Shown: positions 9,701 through 19,416 of the stretch, one piece after another
Numbering within the stretch: position 1 is the stretch's first letter
How the letters are laid out: each line of letters opens with the position of its first letter
Assembly: GCA_963841935.1 (NCBI GenBank)
Contig: CAWJEP010000004.1
Span: 14,975-78,974 of the forward strand
DNA: 64,000 nucleotides
From: an uncultured bacterium
GTDB taxonomy: Bacteria > Patescibacteriota > Minisyncoccia > Phycocordibacterales > UBA6065
Direction of reading: 5' to 3'
The notes under the pieces: generated by a model
What the model saw: only the letters and a program-made list of their open reading frames with translations
Databases searched by the model: none
Told to the model about the DNA's origin: nothing
Made by a program: the position numbers and the translations under genes

Positions 9701-10181
9701 CGAGAAATTGGTTGACGATATGAAAGAAGCGAGAAAACTTGTGACGCTCGGCCTAGAACAAAGGGCGAAAGCCGGAATAAAAGTCCGCCAGCCCCTCTCA
9801 AGCGCGAAAATGAAAATCAGAAATCTAACGGCTGGCGTGTCAGCACTCATCGCGGACGAACTCAATGTCAAAGAAATCGTAAATAGCGACGGAGAGATTC
9901 AAATAGACACCAATATCACGCCGGCACTTCGCGAAGAGGGAACAGTCCGAGAGTTTGTCCGCGCGGTGCAGGAACTGCGTAAGGAGAATGGATTTTCCGT
10001 AAGCGACCATGCTGTTCTCTTAGTTGACTCCGACGAAAAAGGCAAGGAGCTCGTGTCCAAATCCCACGCCGAACTTAAAAAAGTCGCAAATGTTTCGGAA
10101 ATCAAGCACGAAAAAATCAACGATGCCGAACTTCTCAAAATCGAGGAATATTCTTTTAAACTCAAAATACTTAAGAAGTAA
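6729..10181 (+). CDS. ileS: isoleucine--tRNA ligase (archaeal/eukaryotic type) carrying an inserted histidine-phosphatase domain
   Basis: PPFATGSPHYGHAL, HCWRCDTPL, RDWAISRSRFWGAPIPVW, EVFDCWFESGSMPYA and KMSKSKGN motifs. Continuous 1150-aa ORF. Confidence 0.9.
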   Translation: MEQKPRNKLVEIEEEILAFWNKEKIFQKSLEKESPMGEFVFYDGPPFATGSPHYGHALAGTIKDVVLRYKTMRGFRIPRRWGWDCHGLPVENLVEKELNLATKKDIEKYGVEKFNEAARASVFRYEKEWKKIIPRTGRWMDMENPYSTMDSSYTESVWWAFSKLHKKNLIYEGYKSMQICPRCETTLSNFEVGQGYKDVTDISVYAKFELIDEPNTFLLAWTTTPWTLPGNAALAVGRNINYSKVLCENAICIVAEEKVAEVFAGKQYETAGKILGSGLVGKEYEPLFDYYDDDSIKNHGNAFKVYAADFVTTTDGTGIVHIAPAFGEDDMNLGREYDLPFIQHVSMDGTFKKEVRDFAGLHVKPKDDPQKTDIEIIKWLAAKNLLFAKKKIVHPYPHCWRCDTPLLNYAASSWFVKVASFKDKLVSENKKVSWVPSEIGENRFGDWLSGARDWAISRSRFWGAPIPVWRCEDCDRAKVVGSLEDIKKYSKPRNKYILMRHGESESNVLGLASVNVHNKDNVTEKGRGETVFSAKKLSGEKIDLVVSSPFIRTRETAEIMAENIGYPKEKIEYDNRLGELNIGIFDGKPWSEYHGFVGTYQNRFIKAPEGGETLFEVRERMLSALYDIDKKNTGKTILIMSHEAPLFVLDQAVLGVDPKKTVKHGEFLKNAEFKKINFVHLPHDKNFKTDFHRPFIDQIFLSCECGGKMKRVPEVFDCWFESGSMPYASAHYPFEKENFSPRKFFKSKRYPADFIAEGLDQTRGWFYSMLVLGTALFGKTPYKNVVVNGLILAEDGTKMSKSKGNFSPLMDTMDKYGADALRYFLSASPAVRAEDVCFSEKSVDEVSKKLLQRLDNVLAFYELYADKKFVEKTEPKNILDKWILARLDETIKKVTEALEKYELDRGARPILDFVDDMSNWYIRRSRERFKSDDEADKSAALNTTRHVLCELSKIMAPFTPFYAEYLFGKTKFEGAKESVHLENWLEAKTFDEKLVDDMKEARKLVTLGLEQRAKAGIKVRQPLSSAKMKIRNLTAGVSALIADELNVKEIVNSDGEIQIDTNITPALREEGTVREFVRAVQELRKENGFSVSDHAVLLVDSDEKGKELVSKSHAELKKVANVSEIKHEKINDAELLKIEEYSFKLKILKK
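8206..8775 (+). other. in-frame histidine phosphatase (PGAM-like, RHG superfamily) domain inserted within ileS
   Basis: YILMRHGESESN (RHG catalytic motif), SSPFIRTRETAE, ILIMSHEAPL (His-containing second half). It lies between IleS segments VVGSLEDIKKYS and TDFHRPFIDQIF, which are contiguous in canonical type-2 IleS. Confidence 0.7.
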
Positions 10182-10191
10182 GAAATCTTGT

Positions 10192-10219
10192 TTGACATAA
10201 AGTCTCTTCTCACTAGTAT
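10192..10219 (+). promoter_or_regulatory. sigma70-like promoter, TTGACA-N16-TAGTAT
   Basis: TTGACA at 10192-10197, TAGTAT at 10214-10219, upstream of the GTG-start gene at 10279. Confidence 0.45.
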
Positions 10220-10278
10220 GGGCTTAGTGACTCTTTCCATGATCAACACAAACAATAACCCTTAACCAAGGCTTACAG

Positions 10279-10854
10279 GTGGCTTCACAATACACGCAGG
10301 CGAAAATTACCCTCACGGGTCTCGCGGGAACAGGCAAGTCGTCGGCGGGCAAGATATTGAAGGACGCGTTAAATCTAAAGTGCCACCTCTCCGCCGGAGA
10401 TTTCGTCAGGGAAATGGTCGAAGGCGGAAAATGGGGACTTCAGACTCTCGATGAGTTTGAGACTCGCGCTCAGACTGACTTCCGATATGACTGCGAAATC
10501 GACCAGAGGACTACAAACTTCGGCGTCGAGAACACGAGCTTTGTCTTCGATGGCCGGATGGCGTGGGATTGTATCCCAAGGTCCATAAAAATCCTGCTGA
10601 CTTGCGATGATACCGTGAGATTCGAGCGTGTCGCCAACCACAGGAATATGTCCGTCAATGAGGCGGTGGCGCAGACCATTCATCGCGAGGCGAGCATAAG
10701 GTTCAGGTTTCACAAGTGGTATCGGTTCGCGCGTTTCGACGACCCGAAACATTTCGACCTCGTCATAGACACGACCGATAAGCCGTCGGAGCTCGTGGTT
10801 GGCGATATTATAGACTTCGCCGCGTCGCGAGGCGTGGTACGCATAGCGGCATAA
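10279..10854 (+). CDS. cytidylate-kinase-like family P-loop protein
   Basis: Walker A motif TLTGLAGTGKSSAGKIL. GTG start. GC content is noticeably higher than flanking genes. Promoter upstream and terminator downstream. Confidence 0.55.
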   Translation: MASQYTQAKITLTGLAGTGKSSAGKILKDALNLKCHLSAGDFVREMVEGGKWGLQTLDEFETRAQTDFRYDCEIDQRTTNFGVENTSFVFDGRMAWDCIPRSIKILLTCDDTVRFERVANHRNMSVNEAVAQTIHREASIRFRFHKWYRFARFDDPKHFDLVIDTTDKPSELVVGDIIDFAASRGVVRIAA

Positions 10855-10857
10855 TAC

Positions 10858-10896
10858 CCAGAGCCCGTCCGTGAAAATGGACGCGGCTCTTTTTTG
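10858..10896 (+). terminator. rho-independent terminator
   Basis: gagcccgtccgtgaaaatggacgcggctc hairpin followed by TTTTTTG. Confidence 0.5.
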
Positions 10897-10909
10897 TTAG
10901 AATAAACGG

Positions 10910-11389
10910 ATGTACGCGATTTATGAAACTGAAGCTTTCGTTCTAGAATCATCCGGCAGGCGCGAGGCCGACAAGATTTTTTCTTTGTATACCGAAGAAT
11001 TCGGAATGATTCGCGCGAGCGCGATTGCGGTGCGAAAAATGCAATCAAAACTGCGTCCACATCTTACCGATTTTTCTCTAGTGTCCGTGTCGCTCGTGCG
11101 AGGCAGAGAGACTTGGAGAATCACGGCGGCGCGGCGATTTCTCGCCGCGCCGCCCCATCTCATCCGCCCATTGCTTCTCGTCAGGCGCCTTGTTCACGGG
11201 GAGATGGCTCAGCCGAAACTTTTTTCCATCCTGCGCGAGGCCTTCATGGGTAATATGCCAGAAACCTCGGCGGTTCTTCGCATTCTTCACGAGCTTGGCT
11301 ATGTTGATGAGAAGACTCTGTCCGTTAACCCGAGCACAAAAGAAGCCGTGGTGCTCATCAACAAAGCCATTCGCGAGAGTCAACTTTAA
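10910..11389 (+). CDS. recO: DNA repair protein RecO, short form
   Basis: N-terminus AIVLESSGRREADKIFSLYTEEFGMIRASAIAVRK matches the RecO N-terminal OB-fold consensus. 159 aa is shorter than typical RecO. Confidence 0.6.
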   Translation: MYAIYETEAFVLESSGRREADKIFSLYTEEFGMIRASAIAVRKMQSKLRPHLTDFSLVSVSLVRGRETWRITAARRFLAAPPHLIRPLLLVRRLVHGEMAQPKLFSILREAFMGNMPETSAVLRILHELGYVDEKTLSVNPSTKEAVVLINKAIRESQL

Positions 11390-11401
11390 TAGTCAGACAC
11401 G

Positions 11402-13321
11402 TTGGCGTGGTATAATTTTCCAATGCCTTTGTTCGAGGATAAGAATAAAAGTTCCATAGACAGAGTCCGCCGCAACCTTTACGCGCGCAAGGCGCCAGCC
11501 AGCGGAGAAGTGCGCCACGATATTCATGTTCCTCGAGAAGAAAATGTGGTCGCCGATTGGGCTGACAACGCAGAAAAAAAATCTCCGGGTTTCCAATTGC
11601 CATCGCCAAAAAAGTCTTATCGAGTGCTTTTTTGGTTCGCTTTGGGACTTTTCGTGTTGTCCGCTGGCGTCGCGGCTTATTCTTTCTTCGGTGGCTCGGT
11701 CTTTGTGTCATCGGACAACGTTGATATGACCATTACCGGACCGACGACCGTCGCCGGCGGCTCACCCACGAGTTTTTCCGTGGCCGTTACCAATAAAAAC
11801 AAGACGGACATCGAGCTCGTCGACCTCATCGCCGATTTTCCCATAGGAACTAAGGACCCATCGAATCCGACGCAGGACGTGGGCCGGCAAGACGTTTCGC
11901 TCGGCACGATAAAAGCCGGCCAAGTAGCCCAAAGCCAATTTCAGGGAATATTTTTCGGCGCTCAAGGCGACACCGAGACGATAAAATTTACCGTTGAATA
12001 CCGCACCGCGGATTCGAACGCCGTTTTTTACAAAGAAAAAGACATTCCAGTTGCCATATCCTCGTCGCCCATATCCGTGGCGGTTTCCGGTCTCGACGCC
12101 GTGAATTCCGGCGAGCCGATGACGCTTACCTTTACCGTGTCGTCTAACAGCACAAACGTGGTCAACGATGTGGCGCTCGAGCTCACATATCCTTTCGGCT
12201 GGACGTCGCTTTCTTCCAACCCCGCGCCGTCCTCCGGGCAAAATATCTGGAATCTCGGAGACCTTGCGCCGGGCGCCACGACGACCATAAGCGTTTCCGG
12301 TGAGATAAACGGTCAAGACGGCGACCAAGATGTCATCGGCGCGAGCGCTGGCATCGCGAACGCTCAAGGCGCCATAGCCACGACCATCGTCTCGACCCAG
12401 TACTCGGTTCTGATAGAGAAACCATTTCTCTCCGCCGTCATTTCTCTCGACGGACAAAACGGAAGTAATTACGCCTCGCCGGTCGGCAAAGTAGTCAACG
12501 CCACTATAGATTGGCAGAATACCGGCACCTCGCGCATCACAAACGGCCAAATCGTCGTGGCCCTTTCGGGGAACGCTCTTGACCCGTCGTCGGTTTCCAC
12601 TTCCGACGGATATTACGATTCCGTGGACAACACCATTACTTGGGACGGAGGCCGCGTGCCCACTCTCGCTCTCATCGCTCCCGGAGATTCCGGAGAATTT
12701 CATTTTAGTTTCTCGTCACTCGGAAATATTTCAAATATGACGAGCGCCTCCATCGGTCTCGACCTTTCGGTAAAAGGACAGCGCATCGACCAGTCGAATG
12801 TTCCGCAACAAGTTTCTTCCGAGTCCACGGAAACGGTGAAAATAGTTTCCAACCTTTCTTTGTCGTCGCGCGCCGTTTATTCTTCGGTGGTAATGCAAAA
12901 CGCCGGACCGCTTCCCCCGAAAGTAAACCAAACGACCGATTACGCGGTCATTTGGACGGCGGCGAACACTTCAAACGCCGTTTCCGGCGTGAAAGTTTCC
13001 GCCACGCTTCCGCCTTACGCCGCGTTTACGGGAGTGACTTATCCATCAAACGCTAGCGTCTCGTACTCGTCGTCCACGGGAAATTTTATTTGGAACGTCG
13101 GCGCGCTTGCTTCAGGCGCGACGTCGGAGCTTGATTTCCAAGTTTCCGTCACGCCAAGCGCGCCGCAGGCCAATACTTCGCCAATCATCATCGGCGGCGC
13201 GACCATCACGGGTATCGACAATTTTGCCGGCGTTTCAGTACAAGCTTCCGCAGAGCCGGTGACGACCGACATATCAAGCGATCCGACATTCGCGCCAGGC
13301 GACGAAACGGTTGGACAATAG
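11402..13321 (+). CDS. membrane-anchored cell-surface protein with DUF11-like beta-sandwich repeats
   Basis: N-terminal cytoplasmic segment and a single TM (VLFWFALGLFVLSAGVAAYSFF). Repeated IWNLGDLAPGATTTISVSGEINGQ / FIWNVGALASGATSELDFQVSVTP modules. Confidence 0.7.
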   Translation: MAWYNFPMPLFEDKNKSSIDRVRRNLYARKAPASGEVRHDIHVPREENVVADWADNAEKKSPGFQLPSPKKSYRVLFWFALGLFVLSAGVAAYSFFGGSVFVSSDNVDMTITGPTTVAGGSPTSFSVAVTNKNKTDIELVDLIADFPIGTKDPSNPTQDVGRQDVSLGTIKAGQVAQSQFQGIFFGAQGDTETIKFTVEYRTADSNAVFYKEKDIPVAISSSPISVAVSGLDAVNSGEPMTLTFTVSSNSTNVVNDVALELTYPFGWTSLSSNPAPSSGQNIWNLGDLAPGATTTISVSGEINGQDGDQDVIGASAGIANAQGAIATTIVSTQYSVLIEKPFLSAVISLDGQNGSNYASPVGKVVNATIDWQNTGTSRITNGQIVVALSGNALDPSSVSTSDGYYDSVDNTITWDGGRVPTLALIAPGDSGEFHFSFSSLGNISNMTSASIGLDLSVKGQRIDQSNVPQQVSSESTETVKIVSNLSLSSRAVYSSVVMQNAGPLPPKVNQTTDYAVIWTAANTSNAVSGVKVSATLPPYAAFTGVTYPSNASVSYSSSTGNFIWNVGALASGATSELDFQVSVTPSAPQANTSPIIIGGATITGIDNFAGVSVQASAEPVTTDISSDPTFAPGDETVGQ

Positions 13322-13345
13322 GTGATTTTCCGATAGTCTATAAAC

Positions 13346-14673
13346 ATGAAAAAAGAATCGAATCAAGGCGACAAAGTGATGGAGAATATAATTTCTCTTT
13401 GCAAGAGACGCGGCTTTATTTTTCAGGGCTCGGAAATATACGGCGGCCTCGCCGGCACATGGGACTATGGGCCTTACGGCGTCGCTCTCAAAAATAATGT
13501 CAAAAATATTTGGTGGAAGAGATTTGTCACCGACAGGGAAGATATGTACGGCTTTGACGCGGCTATTTTGATGAATCAAAACACATGGAAGGCGAGCGGT
13601 CATGTCGCGGGATTTTCGGACCCGCTTGTCGAATGCGCCAAATGCCATCACCGTTTTCGCGCCGACCAACTCGAAGACAAAAAAAAGTGTCCCGATTGCG
13701 GCGGAAAATTAAGCGAAGCGAGACAGTTTAATATGATGTTTCGCACCAATGTCGGCGCGATAGAAGGCACGGATTCCGTTTCTATCTGCGCCCCGAGACG
13801 GCGCAGGGAATGTTCGTCAATTTCAAAAATATTTTGGACACTTTTCATCCGAAACTTCCGTTTGGTATGGCACAGATAGGCAAAGCTTTTCGAAACGAAA
13901 TAGCGCCCCGTGATTTTCTCTTCCGTTCACGGGAATTCGAACAGATGGAAATAGAATATTTCGTCGACCCGAAAGATTGGGAAAAAACTTTCGAAGAATT
14001 CGTCAAAGAAGTCCATTCTTTCACAAAAGATATCGGTTTGCCGCAGAAAAACGTCCACGAGCTCGAAATTCCCGACGGCGAGCGCGCGCATTATTCCAAA
14101 CGCACGATTGATTTTGAATTCGATTATCCTTTCGGCAAAAAAGAATTGTACGGTCTCGCTTATCGCACGGATTTTGACCTTTCCGCTCATGCCGGACTCT
14201 CGAAAGTCGACCTTTCATACTACGACGAGGAAACTAAAGAACGTTTTGTGCCTCACGTCGTCGAGCCGTCTTTCGGTGTTGATCGCACGATTCTCGCTAT
14301 CCTCTCATCGGCTTATGTTGAAGACGAAATGGGCGGAGAGAAAAGAACGTACCTCAAGCTCGCGCCGTCTGTCGCTCCGGTAAAAGTCGCCGTCTTTCCG
14401 CTTCTCAAAAATAAGCCGGAATTAGTAAAAAAAGCCAGAGAAGTTTACGGTGCTTTGAAAAAAGAATTTTCTGCCGTGGAATTCGACGACAACGGCAACA
14501 TAGGCAAACGTTACCGCCGCCAAGACGAAATCGGCACACCGTTTTGCGTGACGGTCGATTTCGACACTCTGGAAAAGGATGATAGCGTAACCGTCCGCGA
14601 CAGAGACTCCGGAAAACAAGAAAGAGTCGCCCTCAAAGAAGTTTCGAAGTATTTGTCCAAGAAATTAAATTAA
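13346..14673 (+). CDS. glyQS: glycine--tRNA ligase (alpha2-type GlyQS); frame broken by a 1-nt indel near 13778-13790
   Basis: ORF 13346..13879 (…[15 protein letters not shown]) and ORF 13810..14673 (frame shifted; the upstream extension reads [17 protein letters not shown]…FRNEI…REFEQMEIE). Together these are the contiguous conserved GlyRS sequence TNVGA…YLRPETAQG. Confidence 0.8.
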
Positions 14674-14674
14674 T

Positions 14675-15949
14675 ATGCAATTCAAAAAACATATTTTGCC
14701 AAACGGCGTTCGCGTTATTCTCGTTCCGATGAAAGACAATCTGACGGTGACTTTCGGAATGTACGCTTGCACCGGCTCGCTCTATGAAACGAAAGAACAG
14801 GCGGGCATTTCGCACTTTCTCGAGCATATGTGTTTCAAAGGCACGAAAAAAAGGCCGTCGCCACGCTCTATTTCTCTCGAGCTTGATTCCATGGGCGCCA
14901 AATACAACGCCTACACTTGGCTTGAGAAGACGTGCTATTGGGCAAAAGCCAGCGCCGAGCACTTCGAGAAAATCGCCGAGATAGTTTCCGACATATATCT
15001 TAATTCCGTCTTTCCGGAAGATGAAATCAAGAAAGAAAAAGGCGTGGTTCTCGGCGAAATAGATATGTACAACGACAATCCGCAGGCGAAAGTAGACGAT
15101 GTTTTGATGGAGCATATGTACAAAGGTACTCCGGCGGAGCGTTCGACTATTGGTTTTAAAGAAACGGTTTCCGCCGTCACGCGAGGCGATCTTTTGAAAT
15201 ATCGCGATTCTCAATACAAGGCCGAGAACACGGTCATCGCCGTTGCGGGCGGAGTTTCGGAAAAAGAAATGCTTTCCGTGGCGGAAAAAATAGGAAAGAA
15301 ATTAAAGAAAGGTAAATGGACTCCGCAATTTTCGACCGAAGACAAAAAACAGGCAGCTCCGGAAGTTGCCGTGTTTACGAAAGAAACCGACCAGGCTCAT
15401 ATCATCGTGTCTTTTCGAAGCTTCGACCGTTTTGACAAGGATGTCTACATCGCGAACGGCATCGCCAATATTTTGCGTAGCGGGATGAGCTCGCGTCTTT
15501 TCACCCGCCTGCGCGAGAAAATGGGTTCCGGATATTATGTAAGCGCGGCGCATTATCCTTTCAGCGATTTCGGCTGTTTTTCCATATCGACCGGCACGAC
15601 GCCCGCTCGTGTCGCCGAAATTGTAAAAGCCATAGTCGAAGAAGTCGGCAGACTCAAAACGGAGCCGGTAAAAAAAGCCGAATTAAAAAAAGTTCAGGAA
15701 ATCGTGCGCTCGGGACTCAAAATGGGACTCGAATCGTCCGATGAAGTCATGGAATTTTTCGCCGACCAGGAAGTGGGGAAGAAGCAGATTAAAACGCCGG
15801 AGGAATACGAAAAAATAATTTCTTCCATCACAGCCAAAGATATTATGCGCGTGGCAAAAAGAATTTTCACAAACGAAAGGATGAACTTGGCCGTCGTCGG
15901 ACCTATCAAAGAGAACGCGGAGCTCGAAAAAGCTTTGACGTTGAAGTAA
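14675..15949 (+). CDS. M16-family zinc peptidase (insulinase-like)
   Basis: Inverted zinc motif HFLEHMCFKGT (HxxEH); 424 aa. Confidence 0.8.
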   Translation: MQFKKHILPNGVRVILVPMKDNLTVTFGMYACTGSLYETKEQAGISHFLEHMCFKGTKKRPSPRSISLELDSMGAKYNAYTWLEKTCYWAKASAEHFEKIAEIVSDIYLNSVFPEDEIKKEKGVVLGEIDMYNDNPQAKVDDVLMEHMYKGTPAERSTIGFKETVSAVTRGDLLKYRDSQYKAENTVIAVAGGVSEKEMLSVAEKIGKKLKKGKWTPQFSTEDKKQAAPEVAVFTKETDQAHIIVSFRSFDRFDKDVYIANGIANILRSGMSSRLFTRLREKMGSGYYVSAAHYPFSDFGCFSISTGTTPARVAEIVKAIVEEVGRLKTEPVKKAELKKVQEIVRSGLKMGLESSDEVMEFFADQEVGKKQIKTPEEYEKIISSITAKDIMRVAKRIFTNERMNLAVVGPIKENAELEKALTLK

Positions 15950-15960
15950 TAGAAAAAGCA

Positions 15961-17079
15961 TTGTATGCTTGTCGTATGTCCGAGGAACCAAAAAATCTCA
16001 CGGTCTCCATTTCCGCCGGCACTATTGCCAAGGTAATACTCATTTGTTTGCTTTTCGTCGTTCTGTATATCATCAGAGACGTAGTCCTTATCGTCCTCAC
16101 GGCCGTTATCATCGCTTCGGCCGTCGAACCGGCGGCAAGGAGACTCATAAAAATGGGCATTCCTCGCGTCTTTTCGGTTTTCTCCATTTACGTAATTCTC
16201 GGCGTCGTTGCCGCTGGTATAGTGTATCTTTTCGTGCCGCTGCTTCTTCAAGACGCGTCGAATTTCCTCAACTCAGTGCCCCAATACGCCGATTCCATTT
16301 CTCTTTGGGCGCCGGCGGGCAGTCAGGCGGTAACGGCGGCGGCGCAGAGCGTCGCTCCGGGCGTCACCGCGTCAAACGCGGTCGCTCAGGAAATCGCCAA
16401 TTCAAGTTTCTCCATTTCAAACGCCATCACGGAAATCAACGGAGCCATATCGAACATTTCCGGCGGCTTCTTCAACACGGTTTCGTTCGTCTTCGGCGGC
16501 GTGCTGTCGTTTATTCTTATCGTCGTGATTTCTTTTTATCTTACAGTACAGGAAAACGGTGTGGAAAAATTTCTGCGCATCGTCACGCCGATCCATCACG
16601 AAAAATACGTCGTTGACCTTTGGAAAAGAACGCAAAACAAAATCGGTCTTTGGATGCAGGGACAAGTCGTGCTTATGCTCCTCGTCGGTATTCTAGTTTA
16701 TCTAGCGCTTACCGTACTTGGTGTTCAAAACGCTTTGCTTTTCGCTTTTCTCGCCGGACTTATGGAACTTATTCCGCTTTTTGGTCCGGTAATTTCGGCA
16801 ATTCCCGTCGTCGCCGCGGTCTACGCGACGGGTGGCATATCGTTCGCTCTCGTCATAGTGGGCGTCTATCTCATCATTCATCAATTCGAAAATCACCTCA
16901 TATATCCCTTGGTCGTGACGAAAATAGTCGGCGTACCGCCGATTCTCGTCATCCTTTCTCTTATTATAGGATTTGAACTCGCCGGTTTCCTCGGTATTTT
17001 GCTTTCCGTGCCGGTCGCGGCGATACTCGTCGAATTCGTCGAAGACGTTCAGAAAAACAAAATCGCCCGCGTCGGTTAG
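15961..17079 (+). CDS. AI-2E family transporter (UPF0118/PerM-like membrane protein)
   Basis: Multi-pass membrane protein with typical AI-2E N-terminal helices (VLTAVIIASAVEPAARRL) and C-terminal VPVAAILVEFVED. Confidence 0.7.
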   Translation: MYACRMSEEPKNLTVSISAGTIAKVILICLLFVVLYIIRDVVLIVLTAVIIASAVEPAARRLIKMGIPRVFSVFSIYVILGVVAAGIVYLFVPLLLQDASNFLNSVPQYADSISLWAPAGSQAVTAAAQSVAPGVTASNAVAQEIANSSFSISNAITEINGAISNISGGFFNTVSFVFGGVLSFILIVVISFYLTVQENGVEKFLRIVTPIHHEKYVVDLWKRTQNKIGLWMQGQVVLMLLVGILVYLALTVLGVQNALLFAFLAGLMELIPLFGPVISAIPVVAAVYATGGISFALVIVGVYLIIHQFENHLIYPLVVTKIVGVPPILVILSLIIGFELAGFLGILLSVPVAAILVEFVEDVQKNKIARVG

Positions 17080-17091
17080 CGGACTTTCAAT

Positions 17092-18546
17092 ATGGAAAAG
17101 AAGTCTTTCTACATAACGACGACTCTGCCGTACGTGAACGCCGAGGCGCACCTCGGTCACGCCCTCGAGTTCGTCCGCGCCGACATTATTGCCAGATGGA
17201 AGAAACTAGAGGGTTTTGAAGTTTTTTTCAACACCGGCGCGGACGAACATGGTCAAAAAATCGCGGATGCCGCCAAGAAAGCGGGGAAATCGCCCCAAGA
17301 ATATGTTGATGAATATTCCAAAAAACTTCAAGGGCTTCAAAAAACGCTCGGACTCTCCGAAGACGTCCATTTTATCCGCACGACGGACAAAAACCACATA
17401 AAAGCGGCGCAGGAATTCTGGAAACGCGTGGATAAAAACGGATTTATATACAAGAAAAATTACAAATCGAAATATTGCATCGGTTGCGAGCTAGAGAAGA
17501 CGGACTCGGAACTTGAAAACGGCAAATGCCCGATTCATCCGAACCTCGAAATAGAAATCATCGACGAAGAGAATTATTTTTTCAGATTTTCGAGTTTCAA
17601 AGGTTATCTTTCGGATTTTTACGGGAAAAATCCGAATTTCGTCATACCGGATTTTCGTTACAACGAGGCCAAAGCTTTTGTCGAGCGCGGTCTCTCCGAT
17701 TTCAGCATTTCACGACTCAAATCGAAAATGTCTTGGGGCATTCCCGTGCCGGGCGACGAGGACCAAGTGATGTATGTGTGGTTCGATGCTTTAGTCAGTT
17801 ACATTTCGACTCTCGGCTGGCCGAAAGACGAGAAAAATTTCAATAAATTCTGGCGAGACGGCACGCCGACGCAATATTGCGGCAAAGACAACACGCGTTT
17901 CCAAGCAGTGATGTGGCAGGCGATGCTAATGGCGGCCAAGCTTCCGCCGACAGCGACGGTCGTCGTCGATGGATTCATCACTGGCGATGGTGGCGTGAAG
18001 ATGTCCAAATCGCTCGGCAATTACAAAAGTCCGGTGGAACTTGTAAACGAATACGGCACGGATGCTTTGCGATATTTTCTCGCGAGAGAAATCTCTTCTT
18101 TCGAAGATTCGCCTTTTACGATTGAGCGATTCAAAGCGGCTTACAATTCAGGTCTCGCGAACGGGTTAGGTAATTTGGTGAGCAGGGTGATGAAGATGGC
18201 GACCACACACGGAGTTCAATGTGGTGAGCCAGTATTTAATATAGAGAAAGATAATTTCTATAAAACCTATAAACTGGCGTTGGATAAATATGACATCAAA
18301 CAAGCAACGGACGCGGTTTGGCTTTGCATCGATTGGGCAGATCGTTCTGTCCAACAAGAGCAGCCATTCAAAAAAATAAAGACTAACCAAGAAGAAGCAA
18401 AAAAAGATATAGAAATTTTGCTAGGCGACCTCATGAATATTTCTCAAATGTTAGAACCGATTTTGCCCGAAACTTCCATGACAATAAAAAACTTAGTCAA
18501 AGGCAACAAAATGCCTGACAAACCTCTCTTTGCGAGGAAAGACTGA
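17092..18546 (+). CDS. metG: methionine--tRNA ligase
   Basis: YITTTLPYVNAEAHLGHALE (HLGH) and KMSKSLGN motifs. Confidence 0.9.
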   Translation: MEKKSFYITTTLPYVNAEAHLGHALEFVRADIIARWKKLEGFEVFFNTGADEHGQKIADAAKKAGKSPQEYVDEYSKKLQGLQKTLGLSEDVHFIRTTDKNHIKAAQEFWKRVDKNGFIYKKNYKSKYCIGCELEKTDSELENGKCPIHPNLEIEIIDEENYFFRFSSFKGYLSDFYGKNPNFVIPDFRYNEAKAFVERGLSDFSISRLKSKMSWGIPVPGDEDQVMYVWFDALVSYISTLGWPKDEKNFNKFWRDGTPTQYCGKDNTRFQAVMWQAMLMAAKLPPTATVVVDGFITGDGGVKMSKSLGNYKSPVELVNEYGTDALRYFLAREISSFEDSPFTIERFKAAYNSGLANGLGNLVSRVMKMATTHGVQCGEPVFNIEKDNFYKTYKLALDKYDIKQATDAVWLCIDWADRSVQQEQPFKKIKTNQEEAKKDIEILLGDLMNISQMLEPILPETSMTIKNLVKGNKMPDKPLFARKD

Positions 18547-19319
18547 TGAAACCGCAATTTATAGATGTTCACGCGCATTTAAATTTCGCCGATTACGACG
18601 CGGACAGGGAAGAGACAATAAAACGCGCTCTTCTCGCCGGCGTTTGGCTCATAAATGTCGGCGTGGAGAAAAAGGAATCAAAACTCGCCGTGGAGATTGC
18701 GGGAAAATATAAAGAAGGCGTTTATGCAATCGTCGGACAACATCCGACGAGCAAAGAAGATTTTGATTTGGATTTCTACAGAAAGTTAGCGAAATCGAAA
18801 AAAATCGTGGGAATAGGCGAGTGCGGACTCGATTTTTTCAGAGTGACCGACGAGGCTGCGCGCGAAAAACAGTATGCTGTTTTTCGCGCGCAGATAGAAC
18901 TCGCCCTAGAACTTGATTTACCTCTGATGATTCATTGTCGAGACGCATATGCGGAGACGCTCGCTATTTTGAATGAATACAAAGCGAAAGCGGGGGACAA
19001 ACTGCGCGGCGATTTCCATTTTTTCGCCGGAGATATCGAAATCGCCCAGAAAATTTTGGATTTGGGATTCAATCTTTCATTTACCGGCGTCATAACATTT
19101 GCCCGCGAATACGAGAAACTCGTGAAATTTGTCCCGCTCGACCGAATGTTTTCCGAGACCGATTGCCCATTCGTCACGCCCGTGCCCAATCGCGGCAAAA
19201 GGAACGAACCACTTTTTGTCCGCGATGTCGTCGCTAAAATCGCTCGTATCAGAAACGAAGATTCCGAAAAAGTCGGCGAGCAACTTCTCAAAAACGCCAT
19301 AAAGTTTTTCCGGCTCTAA
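18546..19319 (+). CDS. tatD: TatD-family metal-dependent deoxyribonuclease
   Basis: FIDVHAHLNF and IGECGLDFF motifs. Start overlaps the metG stop. Confidence 0.85.
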   Translation: MKPQFIDVHAHLNFADYDADREETIKRALLAGVWLINVGVEKKESKLAVEIAGKYKEGVYAIVGQHPTSKEDFDLDFYRKLAKSKKIVGIGECGLDFFRVTDEAAREKQYAVFRAQIELALELDLPLMIHCRDAYAETLAILNEYKAKAGDKLRGDFHFFAGDIEIAQKILDLGFNLSFTGVITFAREYEKLVKFVPLDRMFSETDCPFVTPVPNRGKRNEPLFVRDVVAKIARIRNEDSEKVGEQLLKNAIKFFRL

Positions 19320-19416
19320 TCTTGCAAAAAATCGCTTTTCTGATAGTCTTTACGACACTTGTTTAGGAGCCACAGCCATGGCGACATACAAGATTAGAAG
19401 TTAATAAATAAAAAAT

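Noticed and set aside
11762-12703. 313-aa minus-strand ORF
   Set aside because: Gly/Arg-rich antisense translation of the GC-richer surface-protein gene 11402..13321. No start context, and it overlaps a well-supported gene entirely.
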